From the human T2T-CHM13v2.0 reference genome, Homo sapiens, in the NCBI RefSeq assembly GCF_009914755.1, contig NC_060926.1: 64,000 nucleotides of DNA. The stretch is one strand, 5' to 3'. Below, piece by piece: positions 44,805 through 58,059 of the stretch (its first letter is position 1; every line of letters begins with the position of its first letter). Position numbers and translations under genes: made by a program. Below the pieces are notes generated by a model. It was given only the letters and a program-made list of their open reading frames with translations. It was not told the origin of the DNA and did no database searches.

Positions 44805-45261
44805 TGACACACACACACACACACTATATATATATATATAAATGAATTGGTCACATGACTGTGGAGGCTGAGAAGTCCCAGGATCTGCTGTCTGCAAGCT
44901 GGAGACCCAGGAAAGCCAGTGGTGTGGTTCAATCTAAGTCTGAAGGCCTGAGAACCAGGAAAGCTGATGGAATAAGTCTCAGTCCAAGCATAGGAGAAGA
45001 CCAATGTCCCAGCTCAACAGTCACACAGAAGGGGTAAATTCTCCCTTCCTCTGCCTTTTGTTCTATTCAGGCCCTCATGGGGTTGCATAATGCTTGCTCA
45101 AACTGGGAAGACAATCTGCTTTACTGAGTTCAAATCTTAATTCTATTCAAATGTCAATCTCTTCCAGAAACACTCTCATAGACACACCCAGAATAGTGTT
45201 TAATTAAATATCTGGGCACTTGTTGATCTAGTCAAGTTGACACATAAAATTGACCATCACA
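44805..45261 (-). mobile_element. MLT2 (B/C/D-like) LTR with (CA)n(TA)n
   Basis: ggaggctgagaagtcccaggatctgctgtctgcaagctggagacccagg ... gttgacacataaaattgaccatcaca. Confidence 0.85.
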
Positions 45262-45442
45262 CCTTGTGAAAACACAGGGAGATGATGGCTATCTTCAAGC
45301 CAAGGAGCTAATGTCTCAGAAGAAACCAACCCTACCTTGATCTGGCACATCTAGCCTCCAGAACTGTGAGAAAATAAATTTCTGTTGTTTAAGCCACCCA
45401 GTCTGTGATACTTTATAACGAAAGGCCAAACAAACTAGTACA
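45262..45442 (+). mobile_element. MLT1A/B LTR 3' half
   Basis: ccttgatctgg...ctagcctccagaactgtgagaaaataaatttctgttgtttaagccacccagtc. Confidence 0.85.
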
Positions 45443-45444
45443 GA

Positions 45445-45950
45445 GCCTCATTTCCTCAAGACAGAAATCTGAAAAGTAATTTTCCTACTTCCTTCGCAGC
45501 TAGAGCACAGGCAGGTGACCTCAGTTCTATCCATTAGAGGCCACGGAGGTAGACTTTGGCTCAGACATGAGCAGTGTGAGAACACAGGCTTAGTGTGGAT
45601 TCCATTGGTCTGGGGAGGGTGGCAGTGGCTGCATGTCAAACTTGCAGAGCAGATGTGGGTGGCTTTCACCCAGGCAGGGGATGGTCTGTCACAGTCATAT
45701 ATGCACTCAGGACTTGGTGGTATCAGTGTGGGAGGCACACGCTTTTTTTTTTTTTTTTTTTTTTTAACCAGGTAAATCCTGTATCATTGTGCATGGTGTT
45801 AAATGTCATTTCTGAAAGCTTAGCCTAGAGCTGTTTCTCCAACCTACCCAAAGAGTTTATAAGCTGTCCAATACCCTTTTAATAAACTCCTTTTGCTTAA
45901 TCCACCAGAGTCAGCTTCTGTTGCTTGCAATGAGTGACTCTGACAGATCC
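45445..45950 (+). mobile_element. Old ERVL LTR (LTR33-like)
   Basis: ttccttcgcagctagagc...aataaactccttttgcttaa...cagagtcagcttctgttgcttgcaa. Confidence 0.55.
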
Positions 45951-47229
45951 ATATTCTGACGACCTGATGGGTCCCATCTCCATAGCTTGCCTCTTCTCAT
46001 ACTTGATTCAGTCTGTAGTTGCTGGGACCAGTGGTGTCCTTACGAAATTTAATTAGCTCAGGTGGTTCACCATCAAATTGGCCATTCTTCCAGCTAGTCC
46101 CTCTCTGATCACAGGCTCTGCTTGTGGTAAGTTCATTTCTAGCCGTTTCGTAATTAAGTCTCTATCCTGTACTCCATGGTTGGTTCTATGTCTTATCCCT
46201 ACATCCCTTCCTTACATTCTGGGTGAGATTTACAAGGAAGTAGATTTGAAATTGATATAACTCAACCCCAAACTGGGCCTCATGTGGTCCAGCCTTGGCA
46301 GAGAATTGCACTCCAAGGAACACAAGTCCAGCAACCAAAAGCAATTAAATTAAATGAAAACTATACTGATATCTCTGGAAAGAATATCAAGGGAAGTAAA
46401 TATATTTTTTAATGTACAGTAAGACTTAAACATTTCCCCATCTCTGATATTCTCTATATTCCTCAACCCATCAAACTTTTCTCTCTTTCACTTTGATTCT
46501 AAACCCAGAGTTGCTTCCATCACCCTGATTTTGTGGGCTCCTTTTTTCCCTCTTCCACCTTTTCTTCTACATTAATCATTTTTATTTTTATCATTTGAGA
46601 AAGAATTGGTTAATAATTAGAACTGCTCAGGGACATTGTGGTAGGGTTCTTGCTCTGGGCAGTGTTGGATCAGATGATTTAGAAGCTCCCACTATATCTT
46701 AGATCTCAGGTTTAGGGTTGTGCCTCTGTTTTAAACTGGACCACAGTATTGGGTTGAGTTAACATTAACTTTTCCCCTCTTTAGAAATCTCTATGCCAGC
46801 GACAGGAAGCCCTGGATCCTGAGCTTGATCTAACTCTTGTCTTGGTTTCAATTTCTTTGAGAAAAGTTGATCTTTTCAACATTCCTGCCCTTTCTGCTAT
46901 AATCAGTGAGCACAAGGACATGTGTGTTCAAATGCCTCAGGTGCCCCATCAGGGTGTCAACTTCACAACCTAGCTGTGCCAGGCCCTCGCTCGAGGACTC
47001 TTTGTTTTGCTCTGAGACAGCATTTTCCAGGGAAGGGATGGGCACTGGCAGATGCTGGAGTAGAGGGAGGCAGTAGCCAGGAGTGTGGATTTCCCAGGTG
47101 AGGGGATGGAGCAGGATGGTGGGCTTGCCTGGCCCACCATGCTCCGGGGCAGCAGTGTTGGGGGAGAGGGAGTGCATGTGCTTAGGGGAAGGTGGCTGTG
47201 GTCTGAATCTGCTGCTCACACACGAGGAA

Positions 47230-47665
47230 TATTAGTTGGGACCTGTTGGGTTGCAAGTGACAGAATTCAAACTGGTTTGAAAAAAATTTCAAAGGGGAGA
47301 GGGATTTCTTGGCTCCCCAAACTGGGAAGAGCAGCCATTGCTGTGTTCAAGAACTCAAGGGACTTGTGAAGCCTTTCTTGCCTCTGCCTCAGTCTCTTTC
47401 TGTCTCCCTACCCTTAGCACCTCCTATGTTACTTCATTTTCAATCCCAGTGGGAAGAAATCTTCTTTCTGAGTAGCTTGAACTAAATTCTCAGATTTGAA
47501 TCTCACTGGCCTGGGTGGAATCACATATTCGCCCCTAAACCAGTCTTGGTGGCTGTGGGATAGAGTATGCCGGGTGGCCACTTTTCCCAAAGGGAAAGTG
47601 AAATTTTGTTACCCAAGACAGGGAAATGGATCCTGGACTGACAGAAACAGCTCACATCCACTACA
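47230..47665. mobile_element. Old MaLR LTR (MLT1K/L-like)
   Basis: ttgggttgcaagtgacagaattcaaactgg; ctcactggcctgggtggaatcacat. Confidence 0.55.
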
Positions 47666-49489
47666 ATGTAATATTAGCAGTTAGTGATGTCTCTGAGCCC
47701 AGTTTCTTCCTGGGTAAAATTCCCACTTCATAGCGCTGTGGGGAAGACTGTAAATAATAAATGCATAGCAACTGTCACATAGCAGGCCTTCAATAATTAG
47801 TAGCAATTCTTATTGTTAGGTGCAGAGAACCAGCTGGCAGGAGGGAGAATTTTACCCAATGGGAAGATGTAAGTGTGTGTGTGTGTGCATGTGTTTGTGC
47901 ACATTTGTGTGTCCATGTGTGCACTCCTGTGTTAGCTATCAGGAGGAGCAGGTGAATAAGCCTTGGTTTCTACCATCACAACCTTTCTTTTCCTTCCCCC
48001 TTTGCTCACTCACTGTTTTTCTGTCTTTCCTTCCCACCTATCCTCTCCCTCCCCACCTTCTTTTTCCTTTCATTAGCCATATATACATTCATATATATAT
48101 ATATAAAACAACATGGTAGTTTCTTATTATTTGTGACACGAATTAAATTTTTTTTTACATACTGACTTTATAAAATGATTTGAGATATACACACACATAT
48201 ATGCCATAGAATAATATAAATAGCTGCAGAAATTGGAATGGAGGGAATAAAGAGAAAGTTAAATTAGAAAACAAAGTATATGCCACCCTATCTTATATAG
48301 TTGCTACAGGTGGGCTCTATTTACTGAAAATAAAGCTTCATGTTCTCTAGTCATAATTTAAAAATGGAGCAAGTTGCAAATTTTCTATTTTCTCCAAAAC
48401 AAGCCAAGCAATAAAGTCAGTTGTACGTGGCTGTGCATGTGTGGCTTTTGATCTCGTCCATGGGACGGTGGCTCTTGATAGTAAAAAGGTCCCACCCTAG
48501 TTTATAGGGACCAGAGAGAGTATTAAAGACAAATCAAGATGGGGGGCTAACCAACCTCCAGGTAGGCAGGAGAAAGGAAATAGCAAATATCTCTTCTGAG
48601 GTCCATAGACTTTTAGAGAGGAAAGAGATTAGTACAATGGAGGTATCTGTGGGAAGGAAAATGCAGGTAAAGATGAAGAGGAAAATCTGCCTTGTTAAAG
48701 CCCAGCTCCCCAAAGTATTAGACACATGAATTTGCTTCTGTGCTGAGGCCATCTGTGGCCGTCAGGCTAGCTGTTTTCTGGCTGATACTTTTTGGGAATG
48801 TTATTGTTGCTGAGAAAGATAGTTCCATGTCAGAGCTATCAACAGAATGTGGCCATCTGGACAACCATGTATAAACCAACTTATTGCTTCTTGAATGCCA
48901 CCTACAAACATGACTACCTGTCCTTTCTTGTTTGAAGGGGCACTAACAATACTTGGGAAGATGGAAAGTGAACTGGACATTAAGGCAGAGATGAGGAATT
49001 CTGCCTTGCTTCCTGCACTCCATGGAAAAGGGAGGAGGAACACTAGCTGGGAAAGCTGTTGAGCTTGAGCTATGGATGGTCTGATGGGAAGAGGATGTGC
49101 ACAGACAAGAAGCAGGAAGAGAGGTTTGGGTATAAGTTTAAGCCATAGGTTACCAGATTGCAAAGAACCCTAGCCCGACTCTAAACATGGTGCCAGAGCC
49201 CATGAGAGTGCATGAAGGTATATGCTTTTTATCTACTGTCATGTCGTCACAGGAGAGTGAAAGAAGGCTCTATCGATCTCAAAACTCACCCGACCCCTCG
49301 TGCCCTGGCTGAGTCTGGGGGATCTTCTCTGGGCCTTGTCCTCCTCTTCTGTAAGTGGGGATCCTAATCCTTGCCTCAAGTCCTTCGTGGGGCTGTTGTG
49401 GGAATTCCTTTATTTGGAAAGAATTCACCAAGCTCCGACCACACATTCAGCACTGGGTCAGACACTTCGGGGAATAGGGAACAAGGTTA

Positions 49490-49888
<399 letters not shown>

Positions 49889-50259
49889 AAGAGTGGTTAG
49901 GGGTGTTTGTAGACGAGTTATGCAGACTGAGGTAGGTAACCCACCCCACCAGGCCTGGACTCAGTCCTGCTCTGCCCCTCACTGGCCGGGCTGGGAACCT
50001 CCTTTCTCCGCCTCACAGACAAAACGAATCAGTGGGAGTAGTTGCTGTAGGGGGTCTCTTCAAGGTCCGGACTATGCTAATCTGACCATTCAAATCCTTG
50101 TGAGGTGCAGAGTAGGAACAAAAGCTAACACCTGGAGGTGCTAGGTTTTTAACTATGGCAAAGCCGGGTCATCTTCCCCACCCCAAAACCAAAGGTTCTT
50201 CAAAGTGCTGTGACCTTCCAAGTTGGAGCTGTGTGAAAGCAGCCTGGTGGTCTAACCCT

Positions 50260-51140
50260 GGCTGCCTGCGTCTGGTGCTGGGGGTGGGGGTGGGGGTGGG
50301 GGTGGGGGTGGGGGTGGGGGTGGGGGTCGGGGCGGGGGCGGGGGGCGCTGGTCTGTCCTGATTAGGGAAGGTGTGAGCCTGACCTGCTGGCTTCGCTTGC
50401 AGGGGGACAGGGGAACTGGCTAGTGTCCTGGTATCAGGTGCAGGGTGTGTCGCCGTGGGCAGTGGGTGCCTCTGCCTTTGGCACAGGCGCCATCTTTGTT
50501 GTTTTTCTCTTTAAGGGTCTGATCAAGGCAGCTGGAGACTCAGGGAGACTTTCCACAGCCAAGTGTTTTCGTTTTTGTCTTGGCTGGGCTCCTGGTGCTG
50601 TCACTCTCAGTGGCTGCGGGCAGGCCGGTGTTCCAGGAATGTTCTGCGTACCCGGCGGGTCTTCTCCAAGAGCCACCTAAGGGGAGAGTTGAGGGCATTC
50701 CCCAAACTGGCGCCCACACTGCCGCTGACCCACAAGCCAGAGGCAAATTCCCGCACCTCGCCCTTCTCACAGCTTGTGCAGTCCGCCTAAAGCAGAAGCT
50801 CCCCAGGCGTCCCAGCTTTAAGACAGTGTAAAGAAAAACAGGTGCCCACTGGTCTAGTCACATCCCCTATAAAACGGTTGGAGTCTCTGTGTTTTGTGGG
50901 GAAACAGCAGAGGGGGGTTGGACTAATTAGTTTCCTCCCAGGAATCTGATTAAGGGAAGGTTAAGCAGTGTGGGAAAGAAAAGGGAACCGCTATGAAGAA
51001 CTGTCACCGAGGAGAGGGTTTGAAAGTTAATGGCAGCCCGGAGGCGGAGGAGCGTCCTGACTCAGGCAGTGTTCCAGTAGGGGCCGGAGGCCACCTTGGG
51101 GAGGAACGTGCACAGAGGTGACTAATCAACTCGGCAGAGG
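50260..51140. promoter_or_regulatory. GC/CpG-rich candidate promoter or enhancer
   Basis: GC boxes at 50330-50345, YY1-like cgccatctt near 50488, TATAAAA at 50868-50874, AP-1 TGACTCA at 51058-51064, raised CpG density. Confidence 0.5.
50280..50346 (+). repeat. (GGGGGT)n repeat followed by GC boxes; G-quadruplex potential
   Basis: About 7-8 GGGGGT units then cggggcgggggcgggggg. Confidence 0.92.
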
Positions 51141-51294
51141 TTGGAGTAAAAAACCTAGAAAGTTGGCATTGACTCTGAAATTGTTGCAAAGCTGAGATCC
51201 AGGAGAGAGGGCAGCTTTTCCTCCCATCTCTACTCTCGTTATTAGCCAGACACAAGATTTGACTCTTATAAATGCCTCTCTACTCCTTTCTTAA

Positions 51295-51935
51295 AAACAT
51301 TTTTGTAAATGTGGTAAAATACACATAACGTAAAAGTTGACATTTTAACCACTTTTAAGTGTACAGTTCAGTGGCATTAAGTACATTCACGTTGCTGTGC
51401 AATCACCACCATCTATCTCCGGAACGTTTTCATCTTCCCAAGCCGAAACTCTATACTCGTTAATTACTCCGCGTTCTCCCCTCTTCAGCCTCCCTTACTT
51501 TTGTTTCCATGAGTTTGACCACTCTAGGTACCTCGTGTAAGTGGAATCATGCAGTATTTATCCTTTTGCAGCTGGCTTATCTCACTTACACAGCATCTTC
51601 AGGGCTCATGCATGTGGTAGCCCGTGCCAGAATTTCCTTCCTTCTGAAGACGGAAGAGTATTTCATTATGTGCCTATAGCACACTTTGTTTATCCACTCG
51701 TCTGTTATTGGGCATTTAGATTGTTCCCGCTTTTTGGCTATTGTGAATCATGCTCTTGGGAACATAGGTGTACAAATATCTGTTTGAGTCCCTGCTTTTA
51801 ATGATTTTGAGTATATACCCAGAATTGGAATAGCTCGATCACATGGTAATTCTATGTTTAATTTTTTGAGGCGCTGCCGTGCTGTTTTCCACAGCAGCTG
51901 CACCATTGTACACTCCCACCAGCAACACACCAGGG
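51295..51935 (-). mobile_element. L1MB 3' fragment
   Basis: gtggtaaaatacacataac...ttttaagtgtacagttcagtggcattaagtacattcac. Confidence 0.88.
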
Positions 51936-52959
51936 TTCAGTGCCTCTCCTCTTAATGAGCCACCTTCTTTTCAGTACCCTAACACTCAGAGGAAGTCTGA
52001 CAAGAGATGCCCCGTTGTATTTGCCTCTGCCTGGGCCATCAAAAGAGAGACAGAAGGGCAGTCAGCTCTGTCTGGCCTCAAATGCCAGGAAGCTGGAAGG
52101 TAAATAACCCTGGAAGATGCCAATTCCTGTTAGTAGTTGGATGCATTAAACATTTTACAGGAAGAGCCCAGTCACCATCACAAAGGTAGAAGAAAAGAGA
52201 CGTGGGTCTTCTTTATTTCTATTCTAAGGAGCACCTGTGGCTCTTTAATGCAAGGTTTATTAATTTCATATGTCTCTTTCAGGGCAGGTATCAGTATTTG
52301 TGCTTTTTTTTTTTTTTTTTTTTTCCTCTTATAGGCCCTAATGGAGCCAAACACATCTTCAGGACCCAACATTTATTGAACACTTACTATGCACCAGGCA
52401 TTGTAGAAGTACTTTAAGTTCACCTCCTCCTGAATCCTCTTTACCTTTTGGAAAGCGTGTGTCCCGAGAGTCACCGGAATCAAAAATACCTCTGTAGCCT
52501 AACCTCCCTCCCCCATAAAATGCAGTAGAGTATGACCAAAGATTCAAGTGAGCACTGAAGACCCTTAATGAGAATTTCTAAGAATGTGACAATAGGAGGA
52601 CAATAAACTTCCCTGTAGATTTGGAGGCTGAACTTTTGGACTCTGTCTGACCTTAGGCTGTGTGCCTTTTATTTTCCTGCTTAATCAGTCTTCACTGATT
52701 ATCTTGCTTCTGCAATGACTCAAGGTTATGTCAATTAGCTGTTTCCTAGCCTGGGTCTTCTGCCTAATTGTCAACTCAACTTAAGACAAAGATCTAAGCA
52801 GTGAGTTTATTCTTATTCCTCTCTGGAGTCAGAAACGGGTTATGGAGCTGCCTTCCTGGACCCAGAAGGGAAAAGCATTTCTCTCTGCTTTCTGGACAGG
52901 TAGGTCCATCTCTGGCACCCTTGATTTAGTAGATGTGGTTTGTATTCGCTCTTCCTCCC

Positions 52960-53680
52960 TGGCTCTGACCTTTACCCTCTCTCTTTGCCTGTGTCTCCCA
53001 AGGGCACCTAAAATCTGTCTTCCTAAGCATCTGGCATCTCCTGTGTCCATGGTCACTAGGGGCATCCTGGCCTCCCAAGCCTTCAACCTTGGAGTCACCT
53101 TTGACTGCTTCCTCTCTCAGACTGTTCCTTTCAGAATGGGCTGGCAATTCTATCTCTGGGATCTGACCTTCTCCAGCCAATGACACAGCCAAGCCTCCCA
53201 CAGAGTCCAGGCTCTGATCTCCTCACATGCTGATTTCTGGAGCAGCCGCCTTCCTAGAGAGTGTTTTCACCTGCAGCCTCACCCCTCCTGGTACATTCTA
53301 TAACCAACAGCTAGGCTAATTTTCTCTGAGTGCTATTTTGATTTTGTCACTCGTCCATTCAGAAATCGGCAGGAGCTCCCATTTGCCTCCTACCTTTAAT
53401 TTAAACTCCTCAGCATGTGTTTGAAGACCTTTGTAAACTTACATTTAACTACCCTCATCTTCTGCAACCTTCTGGCTTCTCATCTTGGCTCATAGGACGT
53501 AGGTTGCTAGCTTTGGGGCACGGCTCTCCCCTTGCCCCTCCAAGTCCTGTCTATCCCTATTAAGACACGACAAAGATATTATGAGCAGGGACCTCACCAG
53601 GTTTGTTTGACATTATATTCCTATGTCCTGGCTTGTCACGTAATAGGTGCTCAATAAATATTTGTTGAATGAATGAATGT
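52960..53680 (+). mobile_element. L2 3' region
   Basis: aaccttggagtcacctttgact ... terminus taggtgctcaataaatatttgttgaatgaatgaatg. Confidence 0.8.
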
Positions 53681-53831
53681 TAAAGACACATCTCTTTGAA
53701 TAACACTCCTTGCATTAATCAACACACAATGAAAGACTTTGAGCTAAGTGTTTAGGTCACAAGATGAATAAGCTTCTTCTCAAGGAGCTTGCATTTTAGA
53801 CCTAGAAACATATGCCGCATTTCCTTGATTA

Positions 53832-54257
<426 letters not shown>

Positions 54258-54459
54258 TTAATTATACACAATGAATGTTGAGCCTTCATTTCAGAAACTT
54301 TGAAATATGAAAAATACAATACATCATAGAATGGAAAAAATAAAGTGCTGCAATATGGGGCTTTGGTGCCGTAATAGAGGGATGTACAAGATTCAGGGGA
54401 AGGATCTTTTGTACTCTGTCTGAACTGGATCTTGATTGGTTTCCCAGGTAAGCTGGGGA

Positions 54460-54680
54460 TGGAAGTAGACATCAGTAGGCTCTGAACACTCGCATTTCTA
54501 CCTCTCAAAGCTGTGTGGCCTGAGACAAATGACTTAATCTCTTTTAACCAAGTTTCCCCTTCTGTGAAATGGAGATAATAATAGAACCTACCTAGTCTCC
54601 AGTAGCTGCCATTTACCAAGCAGCTACTATATACCCAGCCTGGGCCAAGTGCTTTATATGTATGTTATTTAATCTTCATT
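54460..54680. mobile_element. MIR fragments
   Basis: gctgtgtggcctgagacaaatgacttaatctc...gtgaaatggagataataatag. Confidence 0.7.
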
Positions 54681-54766
54681 CGTAGAAAGGGTTAGCCTAA
54701 TCCTGGCACATGGGAAGCACTCACCAAATAGATTGAATTAGTGGATATGAGTTTTGGTTGTTTTAG

Positions 54767-55290
54767 ATGTGGTGTTCTACACCTGTTTGGTGTTCATTCA
54801 CCCTTTTTCTGGTAACTCAGAATAGAATACCCTTTGGGGAAACATCTCTCCCACTGTCAGTCCATATTGGTGGGGCTGCTCCCTCTGCCCCTCCTTATGG
54901 GGCCCAAGGGTGGGTATGTGACCCCATCTTGGCCAATGAGACTGTTGAGTCTCCAGGCAGCAGTGATTGGTTCAGAGATGGTGCCTGACCACAGGCTGTT
55001 GGAACTAGGAAGAGGACGCTGCTGTCTGCTGGGGTTGGTAGATTAGTGGGAAGTGAGTCTGAAGCAGCAGAGGGCATCTTGTATGATATCCTGAGCACAT
55101 GGCTAGTGGGAGGGCTGGCAGGAAGGAGATGGATCCTAACGGGGCATTCGGATTCAGCTGTACCGGTTCACCCCACGGCTTTTCAGGGAACGTTTCAGTT
55201 ACTTGAGTCAATACATTTCCTTTTATATTTTTTGGCATAAACTTGTTTTGCTTGGAATGTTATACTTTACGCAAAAAGTCTTCTTTGACA
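54767..55290. mobile_element. Old ERVL/MaLR LTR remnant
   Basis: gggtatgtgaccccatcttggccaatgaga...gtgattggttcagagatggtgcctgacc...tttcagttacttgagtcaatacatttcc. Confidence 0.55.
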
Positions 55291-55984
55291 CAAAGAGAAA
55301 TTATTCTTATTATAATTATATAATTTTTATAATGATACTTAGTGTGTTCTTGGAGGGTGAGAAGAAACTCAGTGTAACTGGAGCATAGGGGGGTGTGTGT
55401 GCAGAGCTGAGCCCATGTTAGGCACTTGAATATCTTAGCTACAGTAAGCTTAGCTACCCATGAACAGCCTATGGGTTAACTAATTGCGCAAGACTGGAAA
55501 CATGTTCAGAGAAAGAGTGGGGCACCTGACGGTTATTGGAAGACTTCCGAAGAGGGAGGCTAGCTTGCTGGGTGGCTGAATTTTTTAGGACTTGGGAAAT
55601 GTGAGAGTTGAGCCTGTTGGGAAGACTGTGCCCTGGCAAGGAGTAGGGGGGATGGTGCTGCAGGGAGCCAGTGAGCCATGCAGACAGAGGGCAACACAAA
55701 TGTATGCAGGACAAAGGGAGTAAACGAGAGCGGAGGGAACACGGAGCAGGCAGACCAGTCTGGGAGCTAACACCAAGGACTTTGGGTCTAGCCTGGAAGT
55801 GGGGGCCAGGTCCTCCCTCCTCAGCAGCGCCTCACTACGGATGCACCATATTTTATTCTGTGAAGCAGGATTGTCAAGCAGTTGCTTGTGTGCTTTCTTT
55901 GATCTTCTAATGTGTCTTTCACTCTTCTACATTAGAGTGTGAGCTCCCCGGTAGGAAGCAGTTCTGTCTTTTATTTTTGTGCCA

Positions 55985-56232
55985 TTTTAGCATGGTGGTG
56001 GCTAATGCTCAGCCCCTGGAGTGGTCTGCCTGGGTTTAAGTCCTGGTCCAGCACTTGCCAGCCTTGACCCCTTGGGCAAATCACTCATTCTCTCGGTGTC
56101 TCAGTTTCTCATCTGTAAGATGGGAATACTAAGAGTATCTTTCTCAGAGAGGTGCTGGGAACATTAAATGAGCCAGTACCTAGCACGTAGTAAGGCTATA
56201 TAGTGTAAGCTATTCATTATTGTTATTATTAT
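55985..56232 (+). mobile_element. MIR
   Basis: ctgcctgggtttaagtcctgg...ttgggcaaatcactc...tcagtttctcatctgtaagatggg. Confidence 0.85.
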
Positions 56233-57384
56233 TTCCACCGTACAATGTTCATTGGAGAATATTAAATTTTTCAAAAGAGGAAGCCCCGGCAGAATGGTGA
56301 AGTGCCTTGCCTAAGGCATTAACTGATTGGGGGAGGATAAGTACATTTTTGCAGTCCAGGGAGGAACCTTAACATCTCTAACCAAAACCTAGCTTGAGGG
56401 TGTTTGTGGGGGGATTTGGTTTTTCTCTTGATCCCCCTGCCTATTCAATCCTTTGGAGTTCCATCACTGACATCACCTGTCTGGGGGCTGCTGGTGGGGC
56501 AGAGGCCCTGATTGGCATAGCAGTGAAATGCCCCCTGGCTGTGGTCTTGGCTTGAGTTTCCTCTCCTTCTCAGGCTGCTTTTATTTGGAATACCAGGAGC
56601 ATCTGTTTGCAGGGTTTCCAGCACTCCTGGGCTCTCATAGCAATGGGGTCTTACTGATATACGGTCCCTCGTTACTACATGGAAAGACGATTTACCTAAC
56701 AGATGGGCTCTTTTGAATATTTATGTCAGGACACATCTGTTCTGGGCTTGAAAGTTTAATAAAGCTTTTCATTTTCTGAAGCGCTTGTGAAGCCTGTCTG
56801 TGGTGAGCTGACAGCCCCCCTGGGTCAGCTCCTCTGTGGTGACTCTGGGGCATGGGGTCCAGCTTGGGTCACCCCATTTGGCAGGCAGCCACACTCTCCA
56901 AACCCCTCCTCCCTCTCTGTGGCAAAGGACAGCGGGGCTGAGGGGCCAGAGACAGTTGGTGGGGTGCTAACTCAGTGGACCAGTTGAACATGTCCACAGA
57001 GAGGAAAGTAGCAACAGTTATTTGCAAAGGGGAAAGTGTTTTCTTGCACTTTGTTTGTCCTTGGGAAGACAGGTTCTCTGTGATTGGGTAAATGATGGAG
57101 CAGCCTCGCCCTGTCTAGGTCTTTGCCCCTATAGCATACTGGGGTTCCTGGGGGTGTCTACATGGATGTGTAGAAAGAGGGCTTGGACAACAACACTCTC
57201 AAAGCTGGGATGTCCGAGGAGTATGCCTTGAGTACCTCAGCTTCTTAGTTCTTGCAGCCCATTTGGTCCTCTCCTGACCTTGGTGGCATTCTCTAATGGC
57301 TCCACCCACAAAGGCCCTGTTCCAGTCCAAACAGGCCCCCAAGAAAGAATAATAAAGGAATATCAAAACATGCCATGCAAACAT

Positions 57385-57620
57385 GCATTGAATTCTTACC
57401 TGTGCCCAGCACTGTGCTAAACTTTTTATCTTTATTATCATTCTGGTTATCACCGCAACACCAAGGTAAGAACTCTTATTACCTCAATTTTCCAGATGAA
57501 GGAATTGAGGCACAGAGAATTTAATTGACTTGCCTAAAGTCACACAATTACTAAGTGGGGCAGCCAGGATTTGAACCCAGGCCATCTTACACCAGAATCT
57601 AAAGTGTCAATGCTTTATTG
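57385..57620 (-). mobile_element. MIR
   Basis: cagatgaaggaattgaggcacagaga...gacttgcctaaagtcacaca...ggatttgaacccagg. Confidence 0.85.
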
Positions 57621-58059
57621 CCTACTGATTGGAATCTGTCAGCCAGTATTTTCTAAAATGTGTTTTTTGGAATGTAAGGTGCCATGATCAGGTAACTCCA
57701 AATGCTATTTCTCTTCAAGTGAATTTAAAATACACATCAATCTCATAAAGGCTCTGAGGAGTTCTGCTGTAAAGAAACTTTGCATAACGATGTTTTCAGA
57801 ATTTCTTTGAGCACACAAATTTCTTTTCCTTAATACCAATTAACAAAGCTACTTTGGGAAACGTTATTGAAAATGAGTGTTGGCTTAAAGTCTTCTCTCT
57901 CCAAGGTACACTTGCTCGGAACGAAGTTCAAAACTTTAAGTCTGAGAAAGCAGGAGGATGGGAGTGGGTAGAAATCATATTGATGGATTTTAAGTATCAT
58001 TAGGTAGAGAGAGTTTTCTTAAGGGGGAAACTTTAAAAAGCACTGGATTACTGTGTACA

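Noticed and set aside
48801-49163. 120-aa minus-strand ORF in unique sequence
   Set aside because: Non-ATG start, with no domain or splice context that I can support.
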